DNA of 64,000 bases from Candidatus Melainabacteria bacterium 17Bon1m. Its GTDB lineage: Bacteria; Cyanobacteriota; Vampirovibrionia; Obscuribacterales; Obscuribacteraceae. Shown in pieces: positions 18,666 to 28,958 of this stretch (its first letter is position 1; every line of letters starts with the position of its first letter). A program made the position numbers and the translations under genes. The notes beneath the pieces were generated by a model. The model was not told where the DNA came from and did no database searches. It was given only the letters and a program-made list of their open reading frames with translations. The DNA lies in assembly GCA_032128875.1 (NCBI GenBank), contig JAVLKG010000001.1:672001-736000 (forward strand), given 5' to 3'.

Positions 18666-19393
18666 TGTCCATCGCACCAAATAGAGTGGCAGTCATAACA
18701 GGAGCCAATCGTGGAATTGGTTTGGAGGTCGCCCGAGAATTGGCACGTGCGGGCCTTACTGTTGTGCTCACTTGCCGAGACGAAATTAAGGGCAAAGAAG
18801 CGCAAGAACAATTGGCTTCAGAAGGCATAACTGTCGATGCTCAAGTTCTCGATGTAACCAAATCGGGCAGCGTAAGAGATCTTGCCCTCTACTTGCGAAA
18901 ACGGTATGGACGTCTTGACGTTTTAGTGAACAATGCCGGAATCATGCTCGACAAATTCGAAAATGGCGAGCCTGTAATGAGCATTCTCGACTGTGAACTA
19001 GACAATGTTCGCGCGACGATGGAGACCAACGTTTATGGCTCCTTATCGATGATAAAAGAACTTCTTCCTTTGATGAAGGAAAACCATTATGGACGCATCG
19101 TCAATGTTTCTTCTGGTCTTGGACAAATGTCTGAGATGGGCGCAGGCTATGCGGGTTATCGTCTTTCTAAGGCTGCTTTGAACGCGCTCACTTGCATGGT
19201 CGCTGACGAAGTCACGAGCGAAAACATAATCGTCAATGCTTGTTGCCCTGGATGGGTCCGCACCGATATGGGCGGGAAGCATGCGGCACGAAGCGTTGAA
19301 GAAGGCGCCGATACTATCGTGTGGTTGTGTCAAGCTCCAGACGGGTCCACATCTGGCAAACTATTTCGCGATCGAGAAGAACAACCCTGGTAG
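18665..19393 (+). CDS. Short-chain dehydrogenase/reductase (carbonyl reductase-like)
   Basis: TGATG coupling; TGANRGIG, NNAG, YRLSK, CPGWVRTDMGG. Confidence 0.93.
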   Translation: MSIAPNRVAVITGANRGIGLEVARELARAGLTVVLTCRDEIKGKEAQEQLASEGITVDAQVLDVTKSGSVRDLALYLRKRYGRLDVLVNNAGIMLDKFENGEPVMSILDCELDNVRATMETNVYGSLSMIKELLPLMKENHYGRIVNVSSGLGQMSEMGAGYAGYRLSKAALNALTCMVADEVTSENIIVNACCPGWVRTDMGGKHAARSVEEGADTIVWLCQAPDGSTSGKLFRDREEQPW

Positions 19394-19417
19394 TAGACAT
19401 GCCGTGCTACTGCAAAA

Positions 19418-20413
19418 TCACTTGCGTGCGGAAAATTTCTTCCAGACATCAGGATTAACCGCGTTGGCGGGTAGTTTGCCGGAGAATGCTTCTAAAAGCC
19501 CTTTGACTGCTAACTCATCCATGGCGGCGCGCGTTTCTTTAGTAGCGCTTCCGATGTGAGGTGCTAGTACAACGTTGGACAGCTTCATCAGACTTTCCGG
19601 AACATTTGGTTCGCATTCAAATACATCAAGTCCGCAGCTTGCAATCTTTCCTTGCTCGAGAGCCTCGACCATCGCTTCTTCGTCAATTACTGCTCCGCGT
19701 GATGTGTTGATGAGGACGCAGTGTGGCTGCATTAGGTCGAACTCAGCTTTGCCGATCAAGTGACGTGTTTCTTGTCTCAGTGGGCAATTGACGCTGATGA
19801 AATCCGCGCGTTTGCAGAGATCGTGCAGAGTGACTCTTTGCGCGTCCAAAGTCTTCTTCAGTTCGTCGTCTGTTTTCTTATCATCAGCTTTGCGCGTATA
19901 AATGATGTTCAATCCGAATGCGCGTGCTCGTTTGGCGACCGCTTTGCCAATGCGCCCCATTCCTACGATGCCCAGCGTTTTTCCGTTTAACTCCGCCCCA
20001 AGCATCAGCTCCCGTTTCCAGCCCTTCCATTCGCCGCGGCGCACATACGCATCGGCTTCGACTATGCGTCGTGCGGCCGCAAGCAATAGTGCGAAGGCTA
20101 AATCTGCCGTTGCGTTGTCCAGTACGCCGGGAGTGTTTGTGATTAGTACACCGGCGTCATTGGCATCGGCGACATTTATGTTGTCGTAGCCGACTGCGAC
20201 ATTTGCAACGAGCTTCAGCTGAGGTCGCTTTTTGAAAAGGTCTGCATCTATTTTGTCGCCAAGGATGCAAACCAGCGCATCTTTGCCTTCAAGGCGCGCC
20301 TCGACTTCCTCGCGCGGCATTGGATCGTCTGACTCATATGCGTCGACTTGTGCAAAATTTTGCAGCGCGTCAAAAGCTTTTTGAGAAAGTTTGCCTGTAA
20401 CGAAGACTTTCAA
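19418..20413 (-). CDS. D-2-hydroxyacid dehydrogenase (glyoxylate/hydroxypyruvate reductase)
   Basis: AVGYDNI, NTPGVL, GMGRIG, INTSRG, LDVFECEP, PHIGSAT. Confidence 0.93.
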   Translation of the reverse strand: MKVFVTGKLSQKAFDALQNFAQVDAYESDDPMPREEVEARLEGKDALVCILGDKIDADLFKKRPQLKLVANVAVGYDNINVADANDAGVLITNTPGVLDNATADLAFALLLAAARRIVEADAYVRRGEWKGWKRELMLGAELNGKTLGIVGMGRIGKAVAKRARAFGLNIIYTRKADDKKTDDELKKTLDAQRVTLHDLCKRADFISVNCPLRQETRHLIGKAEFDLMQPHCVLINTSRGAVIDEEAMVEALEQGKIASCGLDVFECEPNVPESLMKLSNVVLAPHIGSATKETRAAMDELAVKGLLEAFSGKLPANAVNPDVWKKFSARK

Positions 20414-22092
20414 TGTTTCTGTAATTCTCTTTTTTGAAACGTATGCGATGCCGCGATGTGTTCGTTGATTATACTTTGCGTATTTTCAATCTCTACCCTT
20501 GTTCTTGCTTCGTCCCAACCCAAGCAGCTTCGCACGAGATTGGCGACGCGTGGCACGGCATCTAAGCACTGCCCCTGGTGCACCAGTCCCATGCGCATTC
20601 TTCTGAAGAGCAGATCTTCAAGAAGCATTGCCGACTCGTTAACTATGCAAAACGGAATTTCAGCCATGATAGGCGGGAAGTCAGGACAGACTCTTGCAGC
20701 CAATTCGGGCTCTCTTTCCACGATCGACAAAACCTCATCGGCGTCTTTGCCGTAGCTGGCGACTAAGTGATCGAGAGTGGCTGGTTCAATGGAAAGTTTG
20801 CGAGCGCGCGCCGAGATATGGGCAGTTGACGTGAGGAAATCCGGCTTATCGTTAAAGCCTCCTAGCATTGTTTTTGCGGTGCGTGACTGGCTTGCACGGG
20901 CGGCCAGATCCGGATGCTCTGTAAACAATTTGTTCAAGACTTCGTCAGCCATGATCCTGTAATTGGTCAGTTTGCCGCCTAGCAATCCCACTACTTTGTA
21001 TGGACCGACGTAAATCAGGTGTTCACGTGAAACGCTTCCGGTCGCTTGCCCTGATTCAGATGGCGGGGTTCCCACCAGAGGACGCAGTCCGGCCCAACTG
21101 GCAATGACGTCATCACGCGTGATTTTGTTGGACCCTGAGTAAGTGTTGACCACTGAGATCAAATAGTCGACCTCGTCTACATTTGCCAGCGGATTGTCCA
21201 AGTCGCCTGCGTAGCCCGTATCGGTCGTTCCGATCATTACCGCTCGTTGCCACGGGACCACGAAAACGTATCGTCCGTCTAGTGTTGGGAGGAAAAGTGC
21301 GGAATTCGTTTCGAAAGAAGACTGGGGGACCATTATATGAATCCCCTTGGCCGGAGAGCAGCGCGGTTGCCATGCCGGGTCTAGCATTTGCATCAGTTTG
21401 TCTGACCAAATACCTGCTGCATTAATAAATGTTTTGGCGCGTATTTCCATATCGCCACCCGCGTAGCAGTCATGACACTTAATTGCGACAAGCTCTCCAT
21501 TTTCAACACGGAAGCCCGTTACCTCGGCGTAATTAATGGCCGTTGCACCCATAGCACAGGCCGACTTGACCACTTCCATAACCAGGCGTGAATCGTCCGT
21601 GATGCAGTCGTGAAAGCGCAGCCCGCCGACTATTTGCTCTCCGCTCAAGCCTGGCGCCGATTCGAGAATCTCACGCTGAGACAATCTTGTGTGACGATGA
21701 TCTTTGATGACATCCATCGCCAGAAGGTCATACAATGTCAGTCCCAGTTCAGCCTTGAAGCCGAAGAAGCGCTTTTGCCTTAATATCGGCAGTACAAATG
21801 AAAAGTCGCGCACCATATGTGGCGCAAGCTTTTCAAGCAAAGCTCGTTCGTGCAGAAGTTGCCTTGTCAATCCGAAGTGCAGTTGCTCTAAGTAGCGCAG
21901 CCCGCCGTGGATAAGCTTTGTTGTTTTGCTGGATGTACCGGAAGCGAAATCTCGTTTTTCCAGAAGTATCACGGATAGACCGCGCGAGGCGGCATCCTGA
22001 GCGAGTCCAGCTCCTACGATTCCCCCGCCGATAATGGCAATGTCAAATTCCTTTTCTGGAGCTTCTTTGACTGCTTGACTACGCGGTTTCAT
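20410..22092 (-). CDS. glpD: FAD-dependent glycerol-3-phosphate dehydrogenase
   Basis: IIGGGIVG, DFASGTSSKTTKLIHGGLRYL, DDSRL, KGIHI, IGTTD, AGLRPL, GGKLTNYR; ATGA overlap with the next gene. Confidence 0.95.
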   Translation of the reverse strand: MKPRSQAVKEAPEKEFDIAIIGGGIVGAGLAQDAASRGLSVILLEKRDFASGTSSKTTKLIHGGLRYLEQLHFGLTRQLLHERALLEKLAPHMVRDFSFVLPILRQKRFFGFKAELGLTLYDLLAMDVIKDHRHTRLSQREILESAPGLSGEQIVGGLRFHDCITDDSRLVMEVVKSACAMGATAINYAEVTGFRVENGELVAIKCHDCYAGGDMEIRAKTFINAAGIWSDKLMQMLDPAWQPRCSPAKGIHIMVPQSSFETNSALFLPTLDGRYVFVVPWQRAVMIGTTDTGYAGDLDNPLANVDEVDYLISVVNTYSGSNKITRDDVIASWAGLRPLVGTPPSESGQATGSVSREHLIYVGPYKVVGLLGGKLTNYRIMADEVLNKLFTEHPDLAARASQSRTAKTMLGGFNDKPDFLTSTAHISARARKLSIEPATLDHLVASYGKDADEVLSIVEREPELAARVCPDFPPIMAEIPFCIVNESAMLLEDLLFRRMRMGLVHQGQCLDAVPRVANLVRSCLGWDEARTRVEIENTQSIINEHIAASHTFQKRELQKH

Positions 22093-22489
22093 TATCTGTC
22101 TGGGTTTCCTGTGTTTTGGTGGAAATATTTCGGATGGCCGTCCTATTGTGACACGTCGAGATATGTCGTGTGGAAAACCATAAACATCGGCAAATGTGTG
22201 CGTTTGGGCATAGGTTCGGGAAGGCAGCAATTTTAATATCTTGTTGCAAACGCTTGCTGGGGGCTGACTTTGCGGATAAAGGACTGCGCAGATACCTTAT
22301 TTTTTGCCCATATTGCGGGAAGCTGTGAGATCTACAAGGTAATTTCAAGTTCAATACTTTATTCTTTAGAACTGCCAAGCTGGCTCAGATGCGAGTGTAT
22401 CCGCCGGCGGGCATCAAAAATATTGTCGAACCCAGTCAGGTCGCAATGCGGAAAGTCCGCTGCGCAAATTGGAATTGGTACAAATAACG

Positions 22490-25453
22490 ATGAAAAATCT
22501 GATAACGAGTGGGCTGTGTGCAATTCTGGCTAGCACTACATGCGGTGCTTTGGCTGCAGAAGAAAACCCCAAGGAGCTTGTGCTACCTGGTAAGAACATC
22601 CCCGTGCCAAAGGACATCGGAACGATCCGCGTCAGAGAAGCGGGACAAATCCCTGCCGGAATGGAGAGCAATTCACCCGGCACCGTCAACCAGATTCCGA
22701 CCGTTCCCGAATTGGCTCAAACTCCGGAATCAATCGATAAAGTTCATAAGCTCGAAGCGGAAGGCGAAAAGCTTTTCGCTGCTGGCACTCCGGAAAAGGC
22801 GCTTATCAAATGGCAAGAAGCCTATGGTATGTGCTTGGAGATGAAATACCTAGAGGGGCAAGGTCGTGCGCTGACCAACATGGCGCGTACCTATCTGGCG
22901 AATGCTCACTACGTGAAAGCAAAGTATCTGGCAGATAATGCCTGTGAAGTTTTGGTGGATACACAGGACAAAGCCGATTTGGGTAAAGCTAGAGTTGCAC
23001 TCGCTCAAGCTTACTTTGGTTTGGATAACCCAGTCCTGGCTGGTCAGCAGCTAGAGCTAGCTCTTAAAGACTATGCACAAATAAGTACGACAAGTGCGCG
23101 CGACTCTGCGCAATTGACTTCGCTCTGCGCCGGTGTGCTTATCAAGATAGGCAAGTTCAAAGAAGCGTTGATGTTTAACCAAGCATCCTCTACCTATCTC
23201 GAGCAAGCTGGAGAACTGCACGCTTCGCTCGCTAAGCGTGTTGCATCAGCAAGCATCCTTTTAGGTCTAGGACTGTACACAGCCGCAAAAGAAGAATCTG
23301 AGCGCGCGCTCGCGACGGCCAAGATCAGCAAGAATCCAGTAAGCGTGCCAATTGCAATGGCCAGCATCGCCAACTGCCAGTATGCTCTTGGTGAATATTC
23401 AGCGTCTTTAAAGACATTCGAAGACTGCTCCAAGTTGATTGATAAACTGCCGGCAAACATGCCGATGCCAGATCTCTCCAAAGCAAACTTTGAATTGGGT
23501 TATGCGCATGCGCTGATCGCTTGCGGATACTCAGACCAAGCTCGGTCTCACTTAGAAGTCGCTATTCCTCTCTTCAAGAAGACATCCAACGTATTAGGAC
23601 AAGCTCAAGCAGTAAATGCTGTTGGCATTCTTGAGGAAGCTCAAGGACACCACGAAAAAGCAATCACCAACTTCCATGAAGCGCTCGATTTGCAGTCAGT
23701 TGTAAATCCAAAAAACGAAAGATTGCAACTGGCTATTTCGCAAAACCTCGCTGCTTCGCAAGCGAGAGCTGGTAAAAATACAGACGCAAAGTTGTTGCTT
23801 GCTGGCTGCATGACGATGTTCACCAGGAATAAGAGTCCGCTCAAAGACCCAGTCCTAGAGTGCAGAACGATGCTTGCGCTCGGTGAAGTTTTACTCAAAC
23901 TTTCCGACAATGAAATTGCCAAAGCGAGACTGAAAGACGCTGTGACGTTGGCCGCGAAGTATCAAGATGACTCGACTTTGTGGCAGGCATACACACTGCT
24001 GGCTAAGCTTGCACAATTAGAGCCGGAGCCAGAGACACCAGTCACGGAGCTCCTCACTAGTGCGCTGTCACACTTCCGTTCTCCGCAAGCCGGCGTGTTT
24101 CCCTCGCCGGAGCGCTTGAATTATCCAAGTACCCGTCAGGATCTTGGAGAGCAACTAGTGGCAATGCTTGCGAAAAACAAGATGTCGCAACAAGCTCTTA
24201 TCGCTGCCGAACAATTGAAAGACGAGCTATTTATTGTTGAGTGGAATCGTCGCGGCGGTAAGGTAAAACCTGAAGACGCCGAGGTCTACAATGATTTGAT
24301 GACACAGCGTGCACACCTGCACGCCTGTGAGGACGGCAGCCCTCCGTCACTTTTGACTCCTGAATGGCAAAAGTGGATGTCGCGCTTCCGTCAGTTGGTC
24401 GAGGAAAATCGCCGTCTAGCAAGGTTGATCGCACCACTGCCGATGACCGCAGAACAAATTTTGGTTGCTGTGAGAAACAACAAGGCAACCATGATCGATT
24501 ATCTGGTCGGAGAAAATTCCTCTGTCGTCTTTACGATGGATGGAACCGGCAGACTTTCGGCTTCCGTCATCCCAGTCGGTCGCAATCGTCTGAAAGAGCA
24601 AGTAAACGCGCTGGTCAACGGAATGACTACGCCACAAACTGCAGATCCTGCATCCGGCGAACGCATGTTGTTGCAAACTCTGTACAAAGAGCTGATACCA
24701 CCTGTAGTGGCTCAGTCTTTGCCCAACAATCCGGAACAAACAATTGTTATCGTTCCTGATGGTGTTCTCTACAACCTGCCATTCGCCGCATTGATTGACG
24801 CAAACGGCAAGTACATGATCGAGCGTCACACGCTTACCATGGCGCCCTCCGTGGGCGTCTTCATGGACAGCCCGCCGCGATACACAGAAGATCAATCTCT
24901 GGTCGTAGCATCTGGACCGCAGTCAGGCGACGATATGTTTGTCCAACTTTTCCAACCTGAATTGGTAACAAGAATGGTTGGTAAAGAAACACCGGTCGCC
25001 GCTATCTCTGACACCATTCGTGGCAAATCAATCGTTCATTTCTCCAGCAAAGTACCTCTGCATGAGAAGAACCCGATGGATTCAATATTGCCGCTTGCTC
25101 CGAGCAAAGACGACGGAGGCAAAAAGGTCACCGCTGACAAGTTGTTCGGTCTTAGTTTGCCGAGTGATTTGATGGTTTGGAGCGGTAGCTCTATATATGG
25201 AAAGGATATTCAGGGTAATGCTGTCAAAGTGTTTAGCTGCGGCTTGAACTATGCCGGTGTTCGCAACGTTCTTATGACTCTCTGGGCCGAACCTTCTGGC
25301 GACAGACAGGCGGAATTGGTTGAGTTCTACAAGAGCAAGCAAGCTGGTTTGAATCAGGCTCAATCCTTGAGACGTGCCCAAATGCTGGCGTTGTCCAAGG
25401 ATCCTTCTGCAAAATCATGGGCTGCATTCCAATTGCTCGGACCTGGTTTCTAA
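22490..25453 (+). CDS. Exported TPR-repeat protein with a C-terminal degenerate CHAT domain
   Basis: Signal peptide; TPR-like helices; IVPDGVLYNLPFAAL, AGVRNVLMTLW, LRRAQ, WAAFQLLG; catalytic HG and SAC motifs absent. Confidence 0.88.
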   Translation: MKNLITSGLCAILASTTCGALAAEENPKELVLPGKNIPVPKDIGTIRVREAGQIPAGMESNSPGTVNQIPTVPELAQTPESIDKVHKLEAEGEKLFAAGTPEKALIKWQEAYGMCLEMKYLEGQGRALTNMARTYLANAHYVKAKYLADNACEVLVDTQDKADLGKARVALAQAYFGLDNPVLAGQQLELALKDYAQISTTSARDSAQLTSLCAGVLIKIGKFKEALMFNQASSTYLEQAGELHASLAKRVASASILLGLGLYTAAKEESERALATAKISKNPVSVPIAMASIANCQYALGEYSASLKTFEDCSKLIDKLPANMPMPDLSKANFELGYAHALIACGYSDQARSHLEVAIPLFKKTSNVLGQAQAVNAVGILEEAQGHHEKAITNFHEALDLQSVVNPKNERLQLAISQNLAASQARAGKNTDAKLLLAGCMTMFTRNKSPLKDPVLECRTMLALGEVLLKLSDNEIAKARLKDAVTLAAKYQDDSTLWQAYTLLAKLAQLEPEPETPVTELLTSALSHFRSPQAGVFPSPERLNYPSTRQDLGEQLVAMLAKNKMSQQALIAAEQLKDELFIVEWNRRGGKVKPEDAEVYNDLMTQRAHLHACEDGSPPSLLTPEWQKWMSRFRQLVEENRRLARLIAPLPMTAEQILVAVRNNKATMIDYLVGENSSVVFTMDGTGRLSASVIPVGRNRLKEQVNALVNGMTTPQTADPASGERMLLQTLYKELIPPVVAQSLPNNPEQTIVIVPDGVLYNLPFAALIDANGKYMIERHTLTMAPSVGVFMDSPPRYTEDQSLVVASGPQSGDDMFVQLFQPELVTRMVGKETPVAAISDTIRGKSIVHFSSKVPLHEKNPMDSILPLAPSKDDGGKKVTADKLFGLSLPSDLMVWSGSSIYGKDIQGNAVKVFSCGLNYAGVRNVLMTLWAEPSGDRQAELVEFYKSKQAGLNQAQSLRRAQMLALSKDPSAKSWAAFQLLGPGF

Positions 25454-25634
25454 GAGGCACCGATAACTTAAATTGGACACATTCCAAAGCTGTTTTGTCT
25501 TCATGACAATGCCGTTTTGTAAGGTCTTGGAAAGGTTTTTCACCTAGTACATTAAGTATTGAAGTCAAGAGTCTCGGTCAAAGCATACGCGTTGTATAAC
25601 TCATTATCTGGGTCAGTTGTAATTGGGGTTTGAT

Positions 25635-27458
25635 ATGAATAGGCGTAATGTTGCCAAGGGATTGTGGGGATCCACAGCAAAACAAATTGCGTGTCTGAGC
25701 CTTGCTGCTTCGGTTGTCGCGTCGCCGCTCGCGTCGTACGCAGATACGGTTTCAGAACCGGCTGTCGACAACAAGATGGCACCAGTTTCGGCAGTCAGCG
25801 ATAAAGATGTGCTCAACATCCTGGAGCCGGTTCAACCGACGTCCACAGACCCCGAGCAGATCTCGTCACCTAAGGCTGTCTACACGGACATCTCCGGCAA
25901 ACCAGCTAACGATGCCGACGCAAAAGTAACTGAAGCGAAAAGCGTAGAAGCTAAAGAGCAGAAGCCCGCTGCGAAAGACGGCAAGAAGGCCGAAGGCAGA
26001 ATGGCTAAGTTGCGCAAAATGGCATCGATGGCGTCGCGTTATCGCGTGACTTACGGCAAGAAGCAAGTCGCCAACGCTGACGTTGCACCGGCTGCAGACA
26101 CACAAGTCGCTGAAGCAAAGAAAGCGGATGCAGACTCGAAAGTTGCTGAATCAACCGGGAATAAAGAAGTTGCATCGACGGAAGTAAAAACCGAAGCTGC
26201 TGCGACTTCAGAAAATTCATCGCAAGGATGGAACGAAGGTTCTGAAGGTAAAGCCGAAGAGAAAGCTTCGACCCCAACTGCTGAATCCACCAAAGAGATT
26301 GATGTAACTAAGAAAGCTGAAGCAAGCAAAGATGCTGAAGCAACTAAAGATGCTGAAGCAACCAAAGTTGTTGAAACAACCAAAGAAGTTGAACCAACCA
26401 AAGAAGCAGCCGAACCAACTGCTGGTGCCACAGAAGCCACAAATACTGATGCATCAACTGTAGCCCCCGTAGCTGAAGCTGCAGGTACTCCGGAAGAATC
26501 AGTCAACAGCGAAAGCGGAGTTCCTATTGCTTTCGGTTTAGGCGGCACTCTGAAAGATCTGGAAGCTGCAGCTAAGCTTTCTCCCGACGGTATCATTGTT
26601 GTCGACAACGACGAAGCCGTTGAGCAAAACGACCATTTGCAATACGAAGAGATGCCCCTCGATGATGGCAAGCAAAACATCAAGATTGGTGCTCGCTTCC
26701 CAGTCGTTATAAGTTCTGCACTGAATAGCAAAACAGCCAAGAAGGGTGATCGCTTCGAAGCTCGCTTGAAATACGATTTGAAGATTGGCGACAAGCTAAT
26801 CGCCAAGAAGGGCTCGATTGTCAGAGGTCACCTCGATTACTGTTTGAAAGCCCGCACAATTTTGCATTCGCTCGTAAGCCCTGAGCGCTGGTACCGCAAC
26901 TCCGGTTGTATTGGACTGGCATTTGATGAAATCGTCAACGAAAAGGGTGAACACATCCCTTGCGTCGCTGCTCCAGCACGCGCTGGACGCGTCATCAAAA
27001 ACAAAGCTGAAGGGCGCGAATTGGGCGTCAACCACAACGGACAGGTTGTTGGTCCCTGGGCTCAACAACTGCGCTACAAAGCCGTCCGTGTCGGTCTCAA
27101 CTTCGCGATGGCACCGGCTGGAGTGTTTAGCTTCGGTGCAATGCCTGTGGCTCTCGGCGCAATCGGCGCAGTCAATCCGAACTTCGCATTCGGCAAACCA
27201 GTCGGTTTGAACGTTCGCCACCGTCGCATCAAAGGTTTCGCATGGGGCTTCTTGAGCGGCATTCCTGGCAGCTGGTTGATTGAAGACACGACCGTAAAAG
27301 GACAAGAAGCAATCATCAAACCGGGCGATGAGTTCTACGCTGCATTCAAGCAAGAATTCAACGGCGAGCCGGAAACCGACGCATCGATCATGGCTGGTGC
27401 TTCGACCAAGGTGCGCGGTCAGGTCGTAAACGAGAAGGATGCTCCCAAGAAGAAGTAG
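25635..27458 (+). CDS. Exported protein: acidic/Lys-Ala-Thr linker plus C-terminal VirB10/TrbI-like domain
   Basis: Signal peptide; KDAEAT repeats; LNSKTAKKGDRFEA, KGSIVRG, IGLAFDEI, IKPGDEF. Confidence 0.7.
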   Translation: MNRRNVAKGLWGSTAKQIACLSLAASVVASPLASYADTVSEPAVDNKMAPVSAVSDKDVLNILEPVQPTSTDPEQISSPKAVYTDISGKPANDADAKVTEAKSVEAKEQKPAAKDGKKAEGRMAKLRKMASMASRYRVTYGKKQVANADVAPAADTQVAEAKKADADSKVAESTGNKEVASTEVKTEAAATSENSSQGWNEGSEGKAEEKASTPTAESTKEIDVTKKAEASKDAEATKDAEATKVVETTKEVEPTKEAAEPTAGATEATNTDASTVAPVAEAAGTPEESVNSESGVPIAFGLGGTLKDLEAAAKLSPDGIIVVDNDEAVEQNDHLQYEEMPLDDGKQNIKIGARFPVVISSALNSKTAKKGDRFEARLKYDLKIGDKLIAKKGSIVRGHLDYCLKARTILHSLVSPERWYRNSGCIGLAFDEIVNEKGEHIPCVAAPARAGRVIKNKAEGRELGVNHNGQVVGPWAQQLRYKAVRVGLNFAMAPAGVFSFGAMPVALGAIGAVNPNFAFGKPVGLNVRHRRIKGFAWGFLSGIPGSWLIEDTTVKGQEAIIKPGDEFYAAFKQEFNGEPETDASIMAGASTKVRGQVVNEKDAPKKK

Positions 27459-27614
27459 GCGTCCACAGCGTTTACGTTGTTGGGAAACATTTGAGAGCGC
27501 TGGGTTCGCTTGGCGCTTTCTGTTTTTGTGGACATCGTGCATCCGTTGCCCCTAACATACATCTATCCATTGATCCATCATCGACCAATCATCCATCCAT
27601 TCTGGAACAAAAGG

Positions 27615-27643
27615 AAAAGGAGCCGCGCAATGCAGCTCCTTTT
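27615..27643. terminator. Intrinsic terminator between convergent genes
   Basis: AAAAGGAGC(C)GC...GC(A)GCTCCTTTT hairpin, best formed on the minus strand. Confidence 0.75.
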
Positions 27644-27698
27644 GGCTTCCTGTTAGGTTTCGGGTATGCAGTTCCGAAAGCTGTTTTTGATTTGTGGT

Positions 27699-28958
27699 TT
27701 AGAAGTTGCCTGACATTGGCATTCCGCCGCCACCTGCAATCGACACTGGAGCATCGAGTTGCAATTGCATTGCGGTACCGGATGGGATGGTCACTTCCTT
27801 TCCTTTTCTCAAGAGCAAGCTTTGTGCAACACCAGCGCCAGCACCAATTGCGGTACCAGACCATGCGCCTCGGCCAACTCCACCTCTGCCGCCTGCGATA
27901 GCACCGACTGCGGTACCAAGTGCGGCGCCGGTGCCGGCGCCGATTGCGCCGCGGATGGCTCCCTGACCGACTTTCGTCTTCCAGGTTTCACCTCTGAGGG
28001 TGTCATCTTGATCGCTGCCGCCATCGGTGTATTTACCGATGCCACCGACGAGGTGAGCAGTGATTGGTGTTTCGATGCCGTCGGGTGTGCGGAGGCGATT
28101 GAACTTGATGGTCAAGCTCGATGCGCGACCGAGGTATTTACCAGCGGAAGCATCAGTTACAGATCCGATAACAAGAGAACCGGCCGGGATTTGTGAATCA
28201 CCGAGCATCACGCTCTGGTTGATGGTTGCTTGAATCAAGTCACCAGGTTTTGCAACTTGGGTCGAGATTGCTGTTTGCAAGTTGATCGGAATGGTCAAGC
28301 CGGCAGGTGCGTAAGTGACGCGACCTTGGCGGAATCCACCTTGCGGTGCGCCGTATTGAGCTTGTCCATATTGCGGCGGGTATCCTTGCGGAGGCATGTT
28401 GTACGACTGTTGAGTCGGCGCACCGCCTTGTGTGGCGTAGTAGTCCGAAGGTGCCGGAGCTGTTTGAGAATAGGATTGTTGTCTGACGGGCGGTGCTGCG
28501 GCGACTGCCGGAGCGCTGTTGCTGTATTCGCCGGTCAACTGAGCTACATAGCTGTCGACGCTGGCTTGGTCAACCAGGGTATTGCGAAGTGCGTCAGCCC
28601 ATTTCTTCGCGAGTAGAGCTGGAGTCGTGCCATAAGCTTTTGCGTTAGCAGCATCGACCTCAACAATCTTATAGCCGCCCAAGGTGATGACCGGGCTGCC
28701 TTTTACATAAGTGATGTTAACGGACGAAGGTCCACGATCTTTCGATGCGACAAGTGCATTGTCGAGATTCTTTTGAATTACTTCAGCACGGGCGTCCGGG
28801 CTCAAACCGCCGACTGACACCTTGCTTGTAATAACGGGGACACCAGCGATCTGAACGTTGGCATTCGCTAGCACCGCGAGTGGTGCCAGAAAGAATGTTT
28901 GGCTCAGGACCAGAGCACCGGCGATAAGTCTGCTTTTAGAAGAGTTGAACGAGGTCAT
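27699..28958 (-). CDS. Exported protein with VirB10/TrbI-like domain and glycine-zipper hairpin
   Basis: Signal peptide; PAGLTIPINLQTAISTQVAKPGD, IPAGSLVIG, LTIKFNRL, GAIGAGTGAALGTAVGAIAG, IPSGTAMQLQL. Confidence 0.72.
   Translation of the reverse strand: MTSFNSSKSRLIAGALVLSQTFFLAPLAVLANANVQIAGVPVITSKVSVGGLSPDARAEVIQKNLDNALVASKDRGPSSVNITYVKGSPVITLGGYKIVEVDAANAKAYGTTPALLAKKWADALRNTLVDQASVDSYVAQLTGEYSNSAPAVAAAPPVRQQSYSQTAPAPSDYYATQGGAPTQQSYNMPPQGYPPQYGQAQYGAPQGGFRQGRVTYAPAGLTIPINLQTAISTQVAKPGDLIQATINQSVMLGDSQIPAGSLVIGSVTDASAGKYLGRASSLTIKFNRLRTPDGIETPITAHLVGGIGKYTDGGSDQDDTLRGETWKTKVGQGAIRGAIGAGTGAALGTAVGAIAGGRGGVGRGAWSGTAIGAGAGVAQSLLLRKGKEVTIPSGTAMQLQLDAPVSIAGGGGMPMSGNF

Noticed and set aside
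26051-27542. Two ~250-aa minus-strand ORFs
   Set aside because: Antisense to a low-complexity, codon-biased gene
27558-27602. ATCC/CCAT simple repeats
   Set aside because: Short degenerate microsatellite-like tract beside a terminator; no further structure
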